Source: a virus (Duplodnaviria > Caudoviricetes). From it: a DNA stretch of 64,000 nucleotides. Position numbers and translations under genes: made by a program. The stretch lies in the IMG/VR virus record IMGVR_UViG_3300029288_000097, positions 1 through 64,000 of that record. One strand, given 5' to 3'. The notes under the pieces were generated by a model, which made no database searches, was not told the DNA's origin, and saw nothing but the letters and a program-made list of their open reading frames with translations. Shown here piece after piece: positions 9,722 through 19,165 of the stretch. The stretch's first letter is position 1. Each line of letters begins with the position of its first letter.

Positions 9722-10705
9722 ATGCCAAGAGTTTGTTACGAAGATCATAACTTTAATGCGAAGTCCAAAGCGATGATTGATCTGGTAAACCAGACGATCT
9801 ATACCTACAAAGCACAGGGTTATTCGCTTACTTTGCGCCAGGTATACTACCAGATGGTTGCATCTGATTATATACCCAACAATGACAAGGAATACAAGAA
9901 GCTGGGCGACCTCATCAACAATGCGCGTTTGGCAGGCTTGATTGACTGGTCAGCTATCGAAGATCGAACACGTAAACTTCGTAGCATAAGTCATTGGGAT
10001 AGCCCATCAGATTTGATGATAAGTGTCGCTCACCAATATGCTATCGACAAATGGGCCGGACAGGACTATCGGGTTGAGGTTTGGGTTGAAAAAGACGCAC
10101 TTGTCGATGTTGTTGGCAAAGCATGTAATCGTCTTGATGTGCCATTCTTCTCATGTCGTGGGTATACTTCGGCAACTGAGATGTGGAATGCCGGGCAACG
10201 ATTGATGAGTTACTGGGTGGAAGAGCAGGCGCAGCCTGTTATCCTGCACCTGGGAGACCATGATCCATCCGGTAAAGATATGAGTCGTGACATTGAGGAG
10301 CGTATATCGAAGTTTGCACAGCACGCAGCCGAAGAGGAGCCTTGTTACTTCGGACGCTGGGGCGATAACGGTGATGGCGAATATTGTGATGGCTGGCCGG
10401 GTCTCATCTTCGAGCGTATAGCTTTGAATTACGATCAGATCGAGACCTATAATCCTCCACCTAATCCTACCAAGCTGAAAGATACACGATCAGCTGCCTA
10501 CATGCGTGAGTTTGGAGGCACATGCTGGGAGTTGGACGCTCTCGAACCTGCTGTTCTGGATGATCTCATTACCACAAATATTGAGATGTATCTTGACCAG
10601 GAAGAGTGGGATGCTCATAAGCGTAAGCAAGAGGAACAGCGCAGAGACTTAAGCAAATGTTCAAGTAACTGGAATCAGGTTGTTGATTTTCTGCGCACTA
10701 TTTAG
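9722..10705 (+). CDS. winged-helix + TOPRIM protein (Topo VI-A/Spo11/JetD-like)
   Basis: LTLRQVYYQ, VEVWVEKDAL, RGYTS, GDHDPSG, WELDAL. Confidence 0.8.
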   Translation: MPRVCYEDHNFNAKSKAMIDLVNQTIYTYKAQGYSLTLRQVYYQMVASDYIPNNDKEYKKLGDLINNARLAGLIDWSAIEDRTRKLRSISHWDSPSDLMISVAHQYAIDKWAGQDYRVEVWVEKDALVDVVGKACNRLDVPFFSCRGYTSATEMWNAGQRLMSYWVEEQAQPVILHLGDHDPSGKDMSRDIEERISKFAQHAAEEEPCYFGRWGDNGDGEYCDGWPGLIFERIALNYDQIETYNPPPNPTKLKDTRSAAYMREFGGTCWELDALEPAVLDDLITTNIEMYLDQEEWDAHKRKQEEQRRDLSKCSSNWNQVVDFLRTI

Positions 10706-10756
10706 TAAACTTGCAGACCTAAGCTTATTAGGGTAGAATGATGGGTGGAGGCATCA

Positions 10757-11656
10757 ATGAAAGTATGTATACTCGGTGACGTTATGCTGGATGTTTACCG
10801 GCATGTGGCACCAAGAAAACTCTCACAAGAAGCTCCGGTTATAGTAGCACAACATGCCTATGACCAGTATATACCAGGTGGGGCAGCTAATGCAGCAGCA
10901 AATTGTGCTGCTCTTGGTGCCGAAGCACATCTGATAGGGTATATTGGATACGATAACTCTGCACAGTGGCTTGTTAAAGCTCTCCAGGCAATGAATGTCA
11001 CCAATGATTGTGTGACCCTCGCCAGTTGGACTACAATTACCAAAGAACGTATTGTCGATGCAGCTACCGGGCATCAATTTGTTCGTATTGATTATGAAGC
11101 TGCTGATCCAGTAATGCAGAAATGCGATAGTAGTGTCCTGGTTGATAGGTTGAAAGTAGCTGTGCAAAGCTGTGATTGCCTATTTGTGAGTGATTATGCC
11201 AAGGGCACTTGTCGGTGGATTGTTGGTGAGGCTATTGCCCTTTTCAAAGCAGCAGGTAAGTTCGTTATAGTCAATGGAAAGCCGATCAATACAATGCACT
11301 ATAAGCTGGCTGATGTGGTGACCATGAATAAGCATGAGTGGGCACAGGTCACCAGTAAGGTGTCAGATGTAAAAGCTCTTCAGGGTTATATGAAAAATCT
11401 ACTGCCAGGCACTACATTGATAATTACCTGCGGGCCAAAACCCACCATCGTATTACGCCCTGATGCCGAGCCGGAAATGTATGCCTGCCGAAAAGTCGAT
11501 GTAGCTGATGTATCTGGCGCAGGTGATACACTCGCAGCTGTACTCGCAGTTAGAGCAGGTTTGAGTCAAAGAACTATTGAGGAAGCTGTTAAAATAGCTA
11601 CTGAAGTAGTTCAATATAAAGGAACTGCGGTTCCACAAACGAGGTTACTAGATTGA
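10757..11656 (+). CDS. D-beta-D-heptose-7-phosphate kinase (HldE/RfaE domain I, PfkB family)
   Basis: GDVMLDVY, S.EAPV, GGAANAA.N..ALG, TITK.RI, SDYAKG, DVSGAGDT. Confidence 0.85.
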   Translation: MKVCILGDVMLDVYRHVAPRKLSQEAPVIVAQHAYDQYIPGGAANAAANCAALGAEAHLIGYIGYDNSAQWLVKALQAMNVTNDCVTLASWTTITKERIVDAATGHQFVRIDYEAADPVMQKCDSSVLVDRLKVAVQSCDCLFVSDYAKGTCRWIVGEAIALFKAAGKFVIVNGKPINTMHYKLADVVTMNKHEWAQVTSKVSDVKALQGYMKNLLPGTTLIITCGPKPTIVLRPDAEPEMYACRKVDVADVSGAGDTLAAVLAVRAGLSQRTIEEAVKIATEVVQYKGTAVPQTRLLD

Positions 11657-12252
11657 AAGGTGTATTTATCGACGTAGAGACCGGTGGGCTTGATCCTAAT
11701 GTTCATGCTCTTACACAGGTGGCAGCTGTAGCGTTTGAAGCAGGTGTCGAAGATGTTCCTGTGTTCATCGAAACTTGCAATATTATTGTGGCTCCTTCAA
11801 AGTGGCTTGCTGTCTCAACTGGTGCACTTGATCTTCAGCATCGAACACTAATGGATTTAGTATGTCAGGGAAGTGATGAAGTTGATGTTTACCTGAGACT
11901 CACCGGGTTCCTCAATAAGCATATTGGGGATTCAATCAACTGGGTAGGTAATATCTGGGCACAGGATGCAGCATTTGACCACGGTTTCTGCCGAGCACTG
12001 GAGAAGCGTGTAGGCAAAGGCAGTAATATGTTCTCAGATCGGTGTGATTGGAACTGCACCAAAAGACTGTGGACATTGTTACGTGGCTTGGGCGTGCACC
12101 GAGATGAACGAACAAGTCTACAGAATATCATGCGTCATTATGATCTTCAGGAAGAGCAGACACATGATGGCCTGGATGATGCTATGGTGTCAGTAATGTG
12201 CCTGCACCATATGCTCAAAGACCTGGAAGCACTATACACAAGGAGAGATTGA
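11653..12252 (+). CDS. DEDDh 3'-5' exonuclease (DnaQ-like)
   Basis: FIDVETGGL, AAFDHGF, HDGLDDA. Confidence 0.85.
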   Translation: MKGVFIDVETGGLDPNVHALTQVAAVAFEAGVEDVPVFIETCNIIVAPSKWLAVSTGALDLQHRTLMDLVCQGSDEVDVYLRLTGFLNKHIGDSINWVGNIWAQDAAFDHGFCRALEKRVGKGSNMFSDRCDWNCTKRLWTLLRGLGVHRDERTSLQNIMRHYDLQEEQTHDGLDDAMVSVMCLHHMLKDLEALYTRRD

Positions 12253-12557
12253 TGATAACTATTCTACTTATCTATGTGATCGCCATGTTTATAACATGGC
12301 TATATTCGGGTTTCGGCAGTGGACGTGAGTTGTCCGAAGTAAAGGACAAGATAGATCGAGCCGGGGCACCACCCCAGTATATCGTCATCAACTACGTCAA
12401 CGTATTTTTCCAGGGGTTGTGCTGGCCGGTTTACTGGGCTGTATTCATTGGGATGTGGTATTACAAGCACTATGCTCCGAAACCTGATGTCAACCAGCAG
12501 CCAGTCAAGGCTAACTTTGGTGGCCCTACACAGCAGCCTCGTGGAGGGCAGCACTAA
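12252..12557 (+). CDS. membrane protein
   Basis: two hydrophobic helices; AGGAG SD. Confidence 0.6.
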   Translation: MITILLIYVIAMFITWLYSGFGSGRELSEVKDKIDRAGAPPQYIVINYVNVFFQGLCWPVYWAVFIGMWYYKHYAPKPDVNQQPVKANFGGPTQQPRGGQH

Positions 12558-13318
12558 TGGGGCTTAACATCGGTGATGGTTTCCCGGTGATATATTCGGA
12601 CTGCCCGTGGGATTACGATAACCCACAAAATCATGATTCCAAGCGTGGTGGAACGCCGTATCCTCCGATGAAAACCGAAGACCTCTGTGATATGGGGACT
12701 CTTATACGTAAGGTCGCAGCTCCTAACTGTATACTCTTTCATTGGGCTACAGGTCCGAAGATGAAAGAAGCTATTGCAGTAATGGAAGCCTGGGGCTTTA
12801 CATATACCACCATCGCATTCAACTGGACCAAACTCAATGCTCGGGGTGAGGTTATAGTTCCCGAAGAGAATATGATAGTGATGAATAACCCGGATAAGAA
12901 TAACGGTTTTAGACTCACACCAAAAGACATGATTCTCAAGGGTGGGCTCCGTTCCGGGCAGGGTTACTATACGAACCAGAACAGCGAATACGTTTTGTTG
13001 GGCAAGCGAGGTAAAACCTCAGAGCTGAGAGTATCGAAAACAGTAAAGCAGCCGCTTTTTATGCCGGATCAGGACGGTTGGCCGCAGTCTGAGCCGGTTG
13101 TAACACCGCTTACAGTGCATTCAGCTAAGCCGGAAGAGGTTCGCAGCCGTATCAATGAATTGACAGGTAATGTTCCGGCATTGGAATTGTTTGCACGTCC
13201 TCCAGGTAGAGTTCGGGGCTGGATAAAGCTCGGGTATGAAATTGATGAGGAGGACATTCGTACTATGCTGGAACGCCTTATTGATGGCGAGTATAGGAGG
13301 CCACCAAAGGATGGGTAA
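12557..13318 (+). CDS. MT-A70 family adenine methyltransferase
   Basis: IYSDCPW (DPPW variant), Y.PM, LFHWAT, WGF.Y.T.AF.W.K, HSAKP, LELFAR. Confidence 0.85.
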   Translation: MGLNIGDGFPVIYSDCPWDYDNPQNHDSKRGGTPYPPMKTEDLCDMGTLIRKVAAPNCILFHWATGPKMKEAIAVMEAWGFTYTTIAFNWTKLNARGEVIVPEENMIVMNNPDKNNGFRLTPKDMILKGGLRSGQGYYTNQNSEYVLLGKRGKTSELRVSKTVKQPLFMPDQDGWPQSEPVVTPLTVHSAKPEEVRSRINELTGNVPALELFARPPGRVRGWIKLGYEIDEEDIRTMLERLIDGEYRRPPKDG

Positions 13319-13787
13319 ACGAACAAGACCAACACATGTATGCTGGGATTGTGTGGAGATGTCTGGCAAGCCTCAGTTTACCGGCAAGCTTACAGATCAG
13401 GACATCACTGAGGGTATTTGTGATCTCTGTAAGAATAAAGCACTCCTGGTGCCGGTTAAAGCCCTGGGTTTCTTTACTGATGAAGAGCTGGCACGAGTTC
13501 GATCTGGGATCGATAAGCAGGGGCTTAAACATTGTGACGGCTTAAAGCCTAAGTCGGTTGAGAAGGCTCTAATGATTGTTGAGGGTGTTCTCGGAGAGCA
13601 GATGTCCTACTGGACTCGTAAGGTCTGGAAAGGTATTAAGGATGATTTTGAGAAAGGCAAGAAGATACATCAATACGATCTGAACAAACTGATGTTCTGG
13701 TTTGCTAAAGATGTTGCCATGCGGAAGGAGAAACCCGATGATATACGAACCGGAGACGAGGAAAGTCCTACTGACGAGCTTCAGTGA
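13311..13787 (+). CDS. hypothetical protein with two CxxC pairs
   Basis: CWDC, CDLC. Confidence 0.5.
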   Translation: MGKRTRPTHVCWDCVEMSGKPQFTGKLTDQDITEGICDLCKNKALLVPVKALGFFTDEELARVRSGIDKQGLKHCDGLKPKSVEKALMIVEGVLGEQMSYWTRKVWKGIKDDFEKGKKIHQYDLNKLMFWFAKDVAMRKEKPDDIRTGDEESPTDELQ

Positions 13788-14724
13788 AGCCGAAGGAATG
13801 CGGGCAGATAATGCCGGAAAAGCAACCTCGGAGCTTAATGATTACTGGCGCACGAAAACATATGTGAAGCCCAAGGACATGCTTGATCCTGAATGGCCTA
13901 TCTTCCCGCAGCCTTACCAGATGGCACAGAGTCTATTTGGTGGCACCTGGAATGATTATAACAAGGCATTCATTGTTCAGGTGGCACAATGTAACCTTGA
14001 CTGTTGGTATTGCTTTGTAGATAAGAAACTGCGTAATGGTGATGAATCACTCAGCAAATGGTTTACTTCCTATGAAGTGATGGCTATGTGGAAAAAATCC
14101 GGTCTTCCTGTGTGCCGAATATCAGGTGGAGAACCTACCCTGGCTCCAGGCTTTCTGATCGATATGATAACTCACTTTGAGGAACATACATGTGCGGATG
14201 CAGGGCTGTTATGGATTGATACAAACCTCTCAACTGGTAAGATATTCCCTTGTGAGTATAGTCAATCTATTGCGGCTCTTGAATATCATCCGAATGTGGC
14301 TTTGTCCGGCTGTTTTAAGGGCTTCTCACCCGATGATTGTTCAGCAGCCACCGGAGCCACCCTTAGCTTACTTGATCGACAATTCGAGATGGCACAAGCT
14401 GTTATCGAGGAAACTGATCTTGAGATATTCTTCTATGTGCCGGGCATTATCGGAACAAATGATCTTGACCCGAAAAAGACTATCAAGGACTTCTTCAACT
14501 GTCTTCGTGAGACTGTTGATGAGCGTGCTCCACTGCGGACATACATTCTGCAGGTAAAGAACTATAATCAAACGCCGGTCGCAGAATGGTTAAACTGGAC
14601 ACATACTCTTGGTGGTGGTATGCCTATCCATGAGTATTGGACTCAGCTCTGTGAAGAAGCTTACTCACCTGAACTTCTCTGGCTGCCAAACAATCAGATT
14701 GAGTTCAAAAAGCGAGAGGGATAG
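13738..14724 (+). CDS. radical SAM enzyme
   Basis: CNLDCWYC; RISGGEPTL; IDTN. Confidence 0.85.
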   Translation: MIYEPETRKVLLTSFSEAEGMRADNAGKATSELNDYWRTKTYVKPKDMLDPEWPIFPQPYQMAQSLFGGTWNDYNKAFIVQVAQCNLDCWYCFVDKKLRNGDESLSKWFTSYEVMAMWKKSGLPVCRISGGEPTLAPGFLIDMITHFEEHTCADAGLLWIDTNLSTGKIFPCEYSQSIAALEYHPNVALSGCFKGFSPDDCSAATGATLSLLDRQFEMAQAVIEETDLEIFFYVPGIIGTNDLDPKKTIKDFFNCLRETVDERAPLRTYILQVKNYNQTPVAEWLNWTHTLGGGMPIHEYWTQLCEEAYSPELLWLPNNQIEFKKREG

Positions 14725-14725
14725 T

Positions 14726-15283
14726 ATGCTACTGGAAAATTACTTGAAAGAACTTCGTGTAGAGCTGGATGACGCCGGTTTCCAAGCTATATTGATAAAG
14801 CTGCAGGAAGCTATCAATGATGACAAAATGATCTTTCTATGTGGCAATGGTGGCTCTGGGGCGACAGCCAGTCATTTTGCCAATGATCTCGGAAAACTGG
14901 TTGCTTTTGAATCTGGTAGAAAAGTCAAAGCGATCAGTCTTACTGCAGATTCAGCAGTCTTGACCACATTCGGCAATGATTGTGGATATGAGACTATATT
15001 CCGGGAGCAGCTGCACAACATAGGCCGGGCTGGAGATGTGATGGTAGCATTTTCAGGATCGGGACAATCTGGTAATGTCATCCGAGCGGTAGAAACTTGC
15101 AAGCGTGAAGGGATTTATACAATCGGCCTGACAGGAGCAATCAAGTCTTACGATGAGAATATTCTTGCTAATCTAGTAGATTTGCCCTTTGTAGTCCCCT
15201 CGCAGTCTATGCAGATTATCGAGGACATTCATCTGATACTTACCCATGCACTATGTATGGGCTTGATAGAAGCGTTGAGGTAG
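14726..15283 (+). CDS. gmhA: sedoheptulose-7-phosphate isomerase
   Basis: CGNGGSGATASHF, ND.GYE.IF..QL, SGSGQS.NVI, QIIEDIH. Confidence 0.9.
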   Translation: MLLENYLKELRVELDDAGFQAILIKLQEAINDDKMIFLCGNGGSGATASHFANDLGKLVAFESGRKVKAISLTADSAVLTTFGNDCGYETIFREQLHNIGRAGDVMVAFSGSGQSGNVIRAVETCKREGIYTIGLTGAIKSYDENILANLVDLPFVVPSQSMQIIEDIHLILTHALCMGLIEALR

Positions 15284-15286
15284 AGT

Positions 15287-16072
15287 ATGAAAATCAATAA
15301 AGTGCTTGCTATTACGCTATACAGACGCCAGGATACCCAGTTATTTGAGTGTCTGCGCAAGTGCTATGGGATTGAGGACTATCATATATTCATATCGTGT
15401 GACCATAATGACGAGTATCGAGATGCATGTCTTGAAACTCAGGAAGTAGCTCATAGGTTTGCATCTGAGCATGGTATGGGCAAGACTACAATTCTAATCA
15501 ACAATCCACGTCTTGGCATAGATCGAAACAAGATGTTTCTACTACCTATCGCATTCGAGATGAGCGATTTTGTTGTATTTCTGGAAGACGATACACTTCC
15601 ATCGTCTGATGCGCTACGTTACTTCGAGTTTTGTGGGCAAAAGTTCCGCACTGATCGAAGCGTGATGTCTGTTTCAGGGTTTAACCGTTACCTTGAATCT
15701 GAAACACATGAACGTATTTTACGAGAAGAAGCCTATGCTATAGATCGGGGTATAGGGTTCTGTCCCTGGGGATGGGGCATGTGGAAAGATCGTTATGCTC
15801 GTATAATGGGTGACGGTAAAGCTTATGAGGATCGTTGGGGCGTTGAGGTAAATGGTCGGTTCGATTGGTGGTTTACTGAGATGGCAAAGACATCAGAGGA
15901 GCCACTTTATAGTATCTACCCAGTATTACCTCGAACCAATCATGTGGGAGCTGATCGAGCTGAGCATACACCAAGCAAAGAATGGCTGATGGAACATGAG
16001 TTTGCTCCTTATGGAGCTTGGACACAGGAAATGCAAGACCCGGTTACTGATTTGTGGTATACTAAGTTTTGA
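15287..16072 (+). CDS. GT-A fold glycosyltransferase (GNT-I/GT2-like)
   Basis: FLEDD, SVSGFN, PWGWGMW, PRTNHVG. Confidence 0.75.
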   Translation: MKINKVLAITLYRRQDTQLFECLRKCYGIEDYHIFISCDHNDEYRDACLETQEVAHRFASEHGMGKTTILINNPRLGIDRNKMFLLPIAFEMSDFVVFLEDDTLPSSDALRYFEFCGQKFRTDRSVMSVSGFNRYLESETHERILREEAYAIDRGIGFCPWGWGMWKDRYARIMGDGKAYEDRWGVEVNGRFDWWFTEMAKTSEEPLYSIYPVLPRTNHVGADRAEHTPSKEWLMEHEFAPYGAWTQEMQDPVTDLWYTKF

Positions 16073-16093
16073 TTTTTAAGCAAGGAGCATTCT

Positions 16094-16723
16094 ATGAGTC
16101 ATTTTGAACCTAAAGAGCCATTCGATGGGTATGATCCGAATACTGAATACCCGGAGATGATGGACTTTTGTATCCGGGTTGAATCACTTCAAGCTGCTGC
16201 GTTAGGTAAGTGGCTCTATGAAAAGTTTTCTCCTAAGAATGTCATCGATGTAGGATGTGGGCCAGGCATATACTTACTGCCATTTGTTGAGGTAGGATGT
16301 AAAGTGCTTGGTATAGATGCATGTCCTACCGGTGGTTCTGTTCTTAAGTCTCAAAGCTTCAAACGTGTTGATTTGCGTTTCCCCTATAAACCTAAAAGTA
16401 GATACGATATTGCTATCTGCTTTGAGGTTGCCGAGCATATGGAACGGCACTGGTCAGAGAGGCTGGTAGATACTCTCTCGGATTGTGCTGACATCATTGT
16501 ATTCTCTGCAGCAACACCAGGACAGGGTGGTACTTATCACATAAATGAGCAGCCTCATGCATTCTGGCTAGATATGTTTAAGGAGCGACACGGGTATGTG
16601 GTGCATCCGTGTCAGACAGAGTTCAGAAAGTTCCTTGAGCAGTTTAGACCACAAGAGGCCACAGGCGAAGTAAGTGGTTGGTTACTCAACAACTCATTTA
16701 TCCTAATGCGGAGTGGCGAATGA
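16094..16723 (+). CDS. class I SAM-dependent methyltransferase
   Basis: VIDVGCGPG, CFEVAEH, FSAATPGQGG..HINEQ. Confidence 0.85.
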   Translation: MSHFEPKEPFDGYDPNTEYPEMMDFCIRVESLQAAALGKWLYEKFSPKNVIDVGCGPGIYLLPFVEVGCKVLGIDACPTGGSVLKSQSFKRVDLRFPYKPKSRYDIAICFEVAEHMERHWSERLVDTLSDCADIIVFSAATPGQGGTYHINEQPHAFWLDMFKERHGYVVHPCQTEFRKFLEQFRPQEATGEVSGWLLNNSFILMRSGE

Positions 16724-17739
16724 GTCAGATCGTATTTGCATGTGGTGCAGGTGGGCCAGATTATCCATGGGCAGACCCCGATGTTGAAGCAGGTATCGGC
16801 GGGTCTGAGGAATGTGTAATTCTTCTAGCACGTGAACTGGCAAAGTTGGGCCATGATGTGATGGTCTATAACAACTGTACCGGCAAAAATGGTATCTACA
16901 ATGGGGTTAAGTATAAGCATTATAGCTATTTCACTGAAGCTGATAACTTCGATCTACTTGTAGCTTGGCGAGACTGGTATCTTTTGATGGGGAAGACAGC
17001 CAAACGTAAGTGGCTATGGTGTCATGATATTCCTGTGGCCTGTCATTGCCCATGTTCAGCAGAGATCACCCGTGAAGATTCAGCATTCAATCATATCGAT
17101 ACATTTGTGCTTTTGAATAACTATCATAAGCAGCTCTATATCAATGCTGGTATACCTGACGATATGATTTTTGTGGCTCCTATCGGTGTAGACCCTGAGA
17201 CATTCGATGTGGAAATAGACCGTGATCCTTACCGAGTGCTTTATTTCAGCCACCCAGATCGAGGTTTAGAGCGTCTACGGTCTGTATGGCCTCAGATACG
17301 TCAAGCGGTGCCAGAAGCCACTCTAGCCTCATTCTGGTGGGAAGAACGGCATTGGAAACAACCGGACGAGCGAATAGGTATCTTACCTATGGCTCATCTT
17401 GGTTATCGAGATATAGCACGCGAATGTAAACGAGCTGCTGTGCTTGGTTATCCATCAGTTTTTGCTCCAGAGATTAGTCCTGCAACTACAATCAAAGCAC
17501 AGTTCGGAGGTGCAGTTCCCGTTTGTGTGATTCAAGGTGGAATGGTTGATACTGTAAAGTATGGATTCTACCAGGGAGTCCACCAAGAAAACTTTGCCCG
17601 AGAACTAATATATGCCCTTCAACATCAGGATTTGCTTGAAGGCATACGACCACTTATGATGGCCTGGGCCAGAGAAAAATATTCCTGGGCTTCAGTAGCG
17701 GCCTTGTGGTCAACTCAGTATAAGGAGGAAATCACATGA
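16720..17739 (+). CDS. GT-B fold glycosyltransferase (GT4-like)
   Basis: GIGGSE...LARELAKLGHDV, W.HD, SHPDRGLE, YPS...E, YSW..VA..W. Confidence 0.85.
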   Translation: MSQIVFACGAGGPDYPWADPDVEAGIGGSEECVILLARELAKLGHDVMVYNNCTGKNGIYNGVKYKHYSYFTEADNFDLLVAWRDWYLLMGKTAKRKWLWCHDIPVACHCPCSAEITREDSAFNHIDTFVLLNNYHKQLYINAGIPDDMIFVAPIGVDPETFDVEIDRDPYRVLYFSHPDRGLERLRSVWPQIRQAVPEATLASFWWEERHWKQPDERIGILPMAHLGYRDIARECKRAAVLGYPSVFAPEISPATTIKAQFGGAVPVCVIQGGMVDTVKYGFYQGVHQENFARELIYALQHQDLLEGIRPLMMAWAREKYSWASVAALWSTQYKEEIT

Positions 17740-18824
17740 TCCTGTTTGAGGATGCAAGGCGGGCTGCATTTGGGCGGTCTAGCCTGAACGGAGACAGTTT
17801 TACTGTGCTCTACAATGCATGTAAAGCTGTTGAATCTCTACCAGGTATGGTGGTAGAGATTGGTGTTGGAAAGGGTGGCAGTGCGAAGTTTTTGATGCGC
17901 TGTCTACCGGGCAAGGAGTTTGATCTCTTTGACCCATGGGCTGAGTGCGATACTGCATACTTACGAGAAGATAACCCAGCCAAGTTCACCACGCAGGGTG
18001 TATTCCCGGACGTGCTTGATTGTGACTTTGCTGACAAGCCAACAGCACTCGTTCATGTTGATGTGAACGATGCTGAGACCATCGCAGCAGCCATCGACTT
18101 CTATTGGAGTGAGCTGGCTGTTGGTGGCATCATCATGATCCAGGCTTATCCGTGTGTAGCTGAGATAGTATCCCAGCTGCGTGCTAATCCTGGTAACTTC
18201 ACGCTTGAGGAGATCGGTATTCCAGGCGCGTTAGGGTATGTAAAAATTACTCGAACAGCTGCCGATGACAGCATATTCGATCTGGATACTGATGATGACG
18301 AAGAAGAAGAAGACGATGATAAGGAACCGATCACGGCAACTGTTACCAATTTGGATGGCTCCGAATGTGAGCGCGGCGAAGATGGTTTGATTCATGGCGA
18401 AGAGCTTGAGGGTGAGACCGAGCCAATATCCGATATGCGTAAGGTAGAGGTTCAGCGGGATGGTGCCTGGGTTAGTGTCGAGTCTCTTCTTGATGTCAAA
18501 GAGAACGAGATTTTCCACTTGATGGAACCTGACGGAGATTCTTTCGGAGAGAGCCTGATTGCAACTGGGGATGGTTACCTCAATGAGGAGAACATTCCTA
18601 GCATTATGTGTGACGTAGCTTTGCTGCCACGCGAAGAGGGTGACACCACCCCTCTTACTGAGGGTGAGACACCTGACGGTCTGACAGCTGAAGACATCAC
18701 ACCTGATGAGCTTACAGGTTTGGAGGGAGAGGTATCGGAGGAGGTAGCAGCTGATGATGCTGCGGCTGCTACCTCTGAAGAGCCGAAGAAAGTTACTCGT
18801 CGTAAGAAAACAGACGAGAGTTAA
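17736..18824 (+). CDS. TylF/MycF-like O-methyltransferase fused to a long acidic C-terminal region
   Basis: GMVVEIGVGKGGS, LFD, G.FPD, ALVHVDV, L..GGII; Asp/Glu-rich tail. Confidence 0.7.
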   Translation: MILFEDARRAAFGRSSLNGDSFTVLYNACKAVESLPGMVVEIGVGKGGSAKFLMRCLPGKEFDLFDPWAECDTAYLREDNPAKFTTQGVFPDVLDCDFADKPTALVHVDVNDAETIAAAIDFYWSELAVGGIIMIQAYPCVAEIVSQLRANPGNFTLEEIGIPGALGYVKITRTAADDSIFDLDTDDDEEEEDDDKEPITATVTNLDGSECERGEDGLIHGEELEGETEPISDMRKVEVQRDGAWVSVESLLDVKENEIFHLMEPDGDSFGESLIATGDGYLNEENIPSIMCDVALLPREEGDTTPLTEGETPDGLTAEDITPDELTGLEGEVSEEVAADDAAAATSEEPKKVTRRKKTDES

Positions 18825-18832
18825 TCAATTCC

Positions 18833-18870
18833 GAGTAATGCCAGGTTGTCCCGCAGCCTGGCATTACTTT
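18833..18870 (+). terminator. rho-independent terminator
   Basis: AGTAATGCCAGGTTG/CAGCCTGGCATTACT stem followed by T residues. Confidence 0.7.
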
Positions 18871-18886
18871 GTCTAAGGGGTGATTT

Positions 18887-19096
18887 GTGTCTCTGACCAA
18901 AAAGTATATCTTATACCTTATCCGCTGGCAGCTTTCCACACCAATTTTAGCTCCATGTATCAAGTATCTTGCTCCAAGTATCGGGCCACTTTATGCCACA
19001 GTCATAGCCAACCTCATTGGAGGATTGATTTTCTTTTGGTATGACCTTCATTTCATTTTTCACAAAAAGAAGAAACCAGGTAAATCTACCAGTTGA
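18887..19096 (+). CDS. small membrane protein (GtrA-like)
   Basis: RWQLSTPIL...ATVIANLIGGLIFFW; two transmembrane segments. Confidence 0.55.
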   Translation: MSLTKKYILYLIRWQLSTPILAPCIKYLAPSIGPLYATVIANLIGGLIFFWYDLHFIFHKKKKPGKSTS

Positions 19097-19121
19097 GATA
19101 ATAGCTGGGCTGAGGTATACT
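19077..19121 (+). promoter_or_regulatory. operator palindrome + promoter (copy 3)
   Basis: CAGGTAAATCTACCAG, TTGAGA-17-TATACT. Confidence 0.8.
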
Positions 19122-19165
19122 TATATAGCTGTGGGGTGGTTATTACCCACAAGAAAGGTGCAAGA

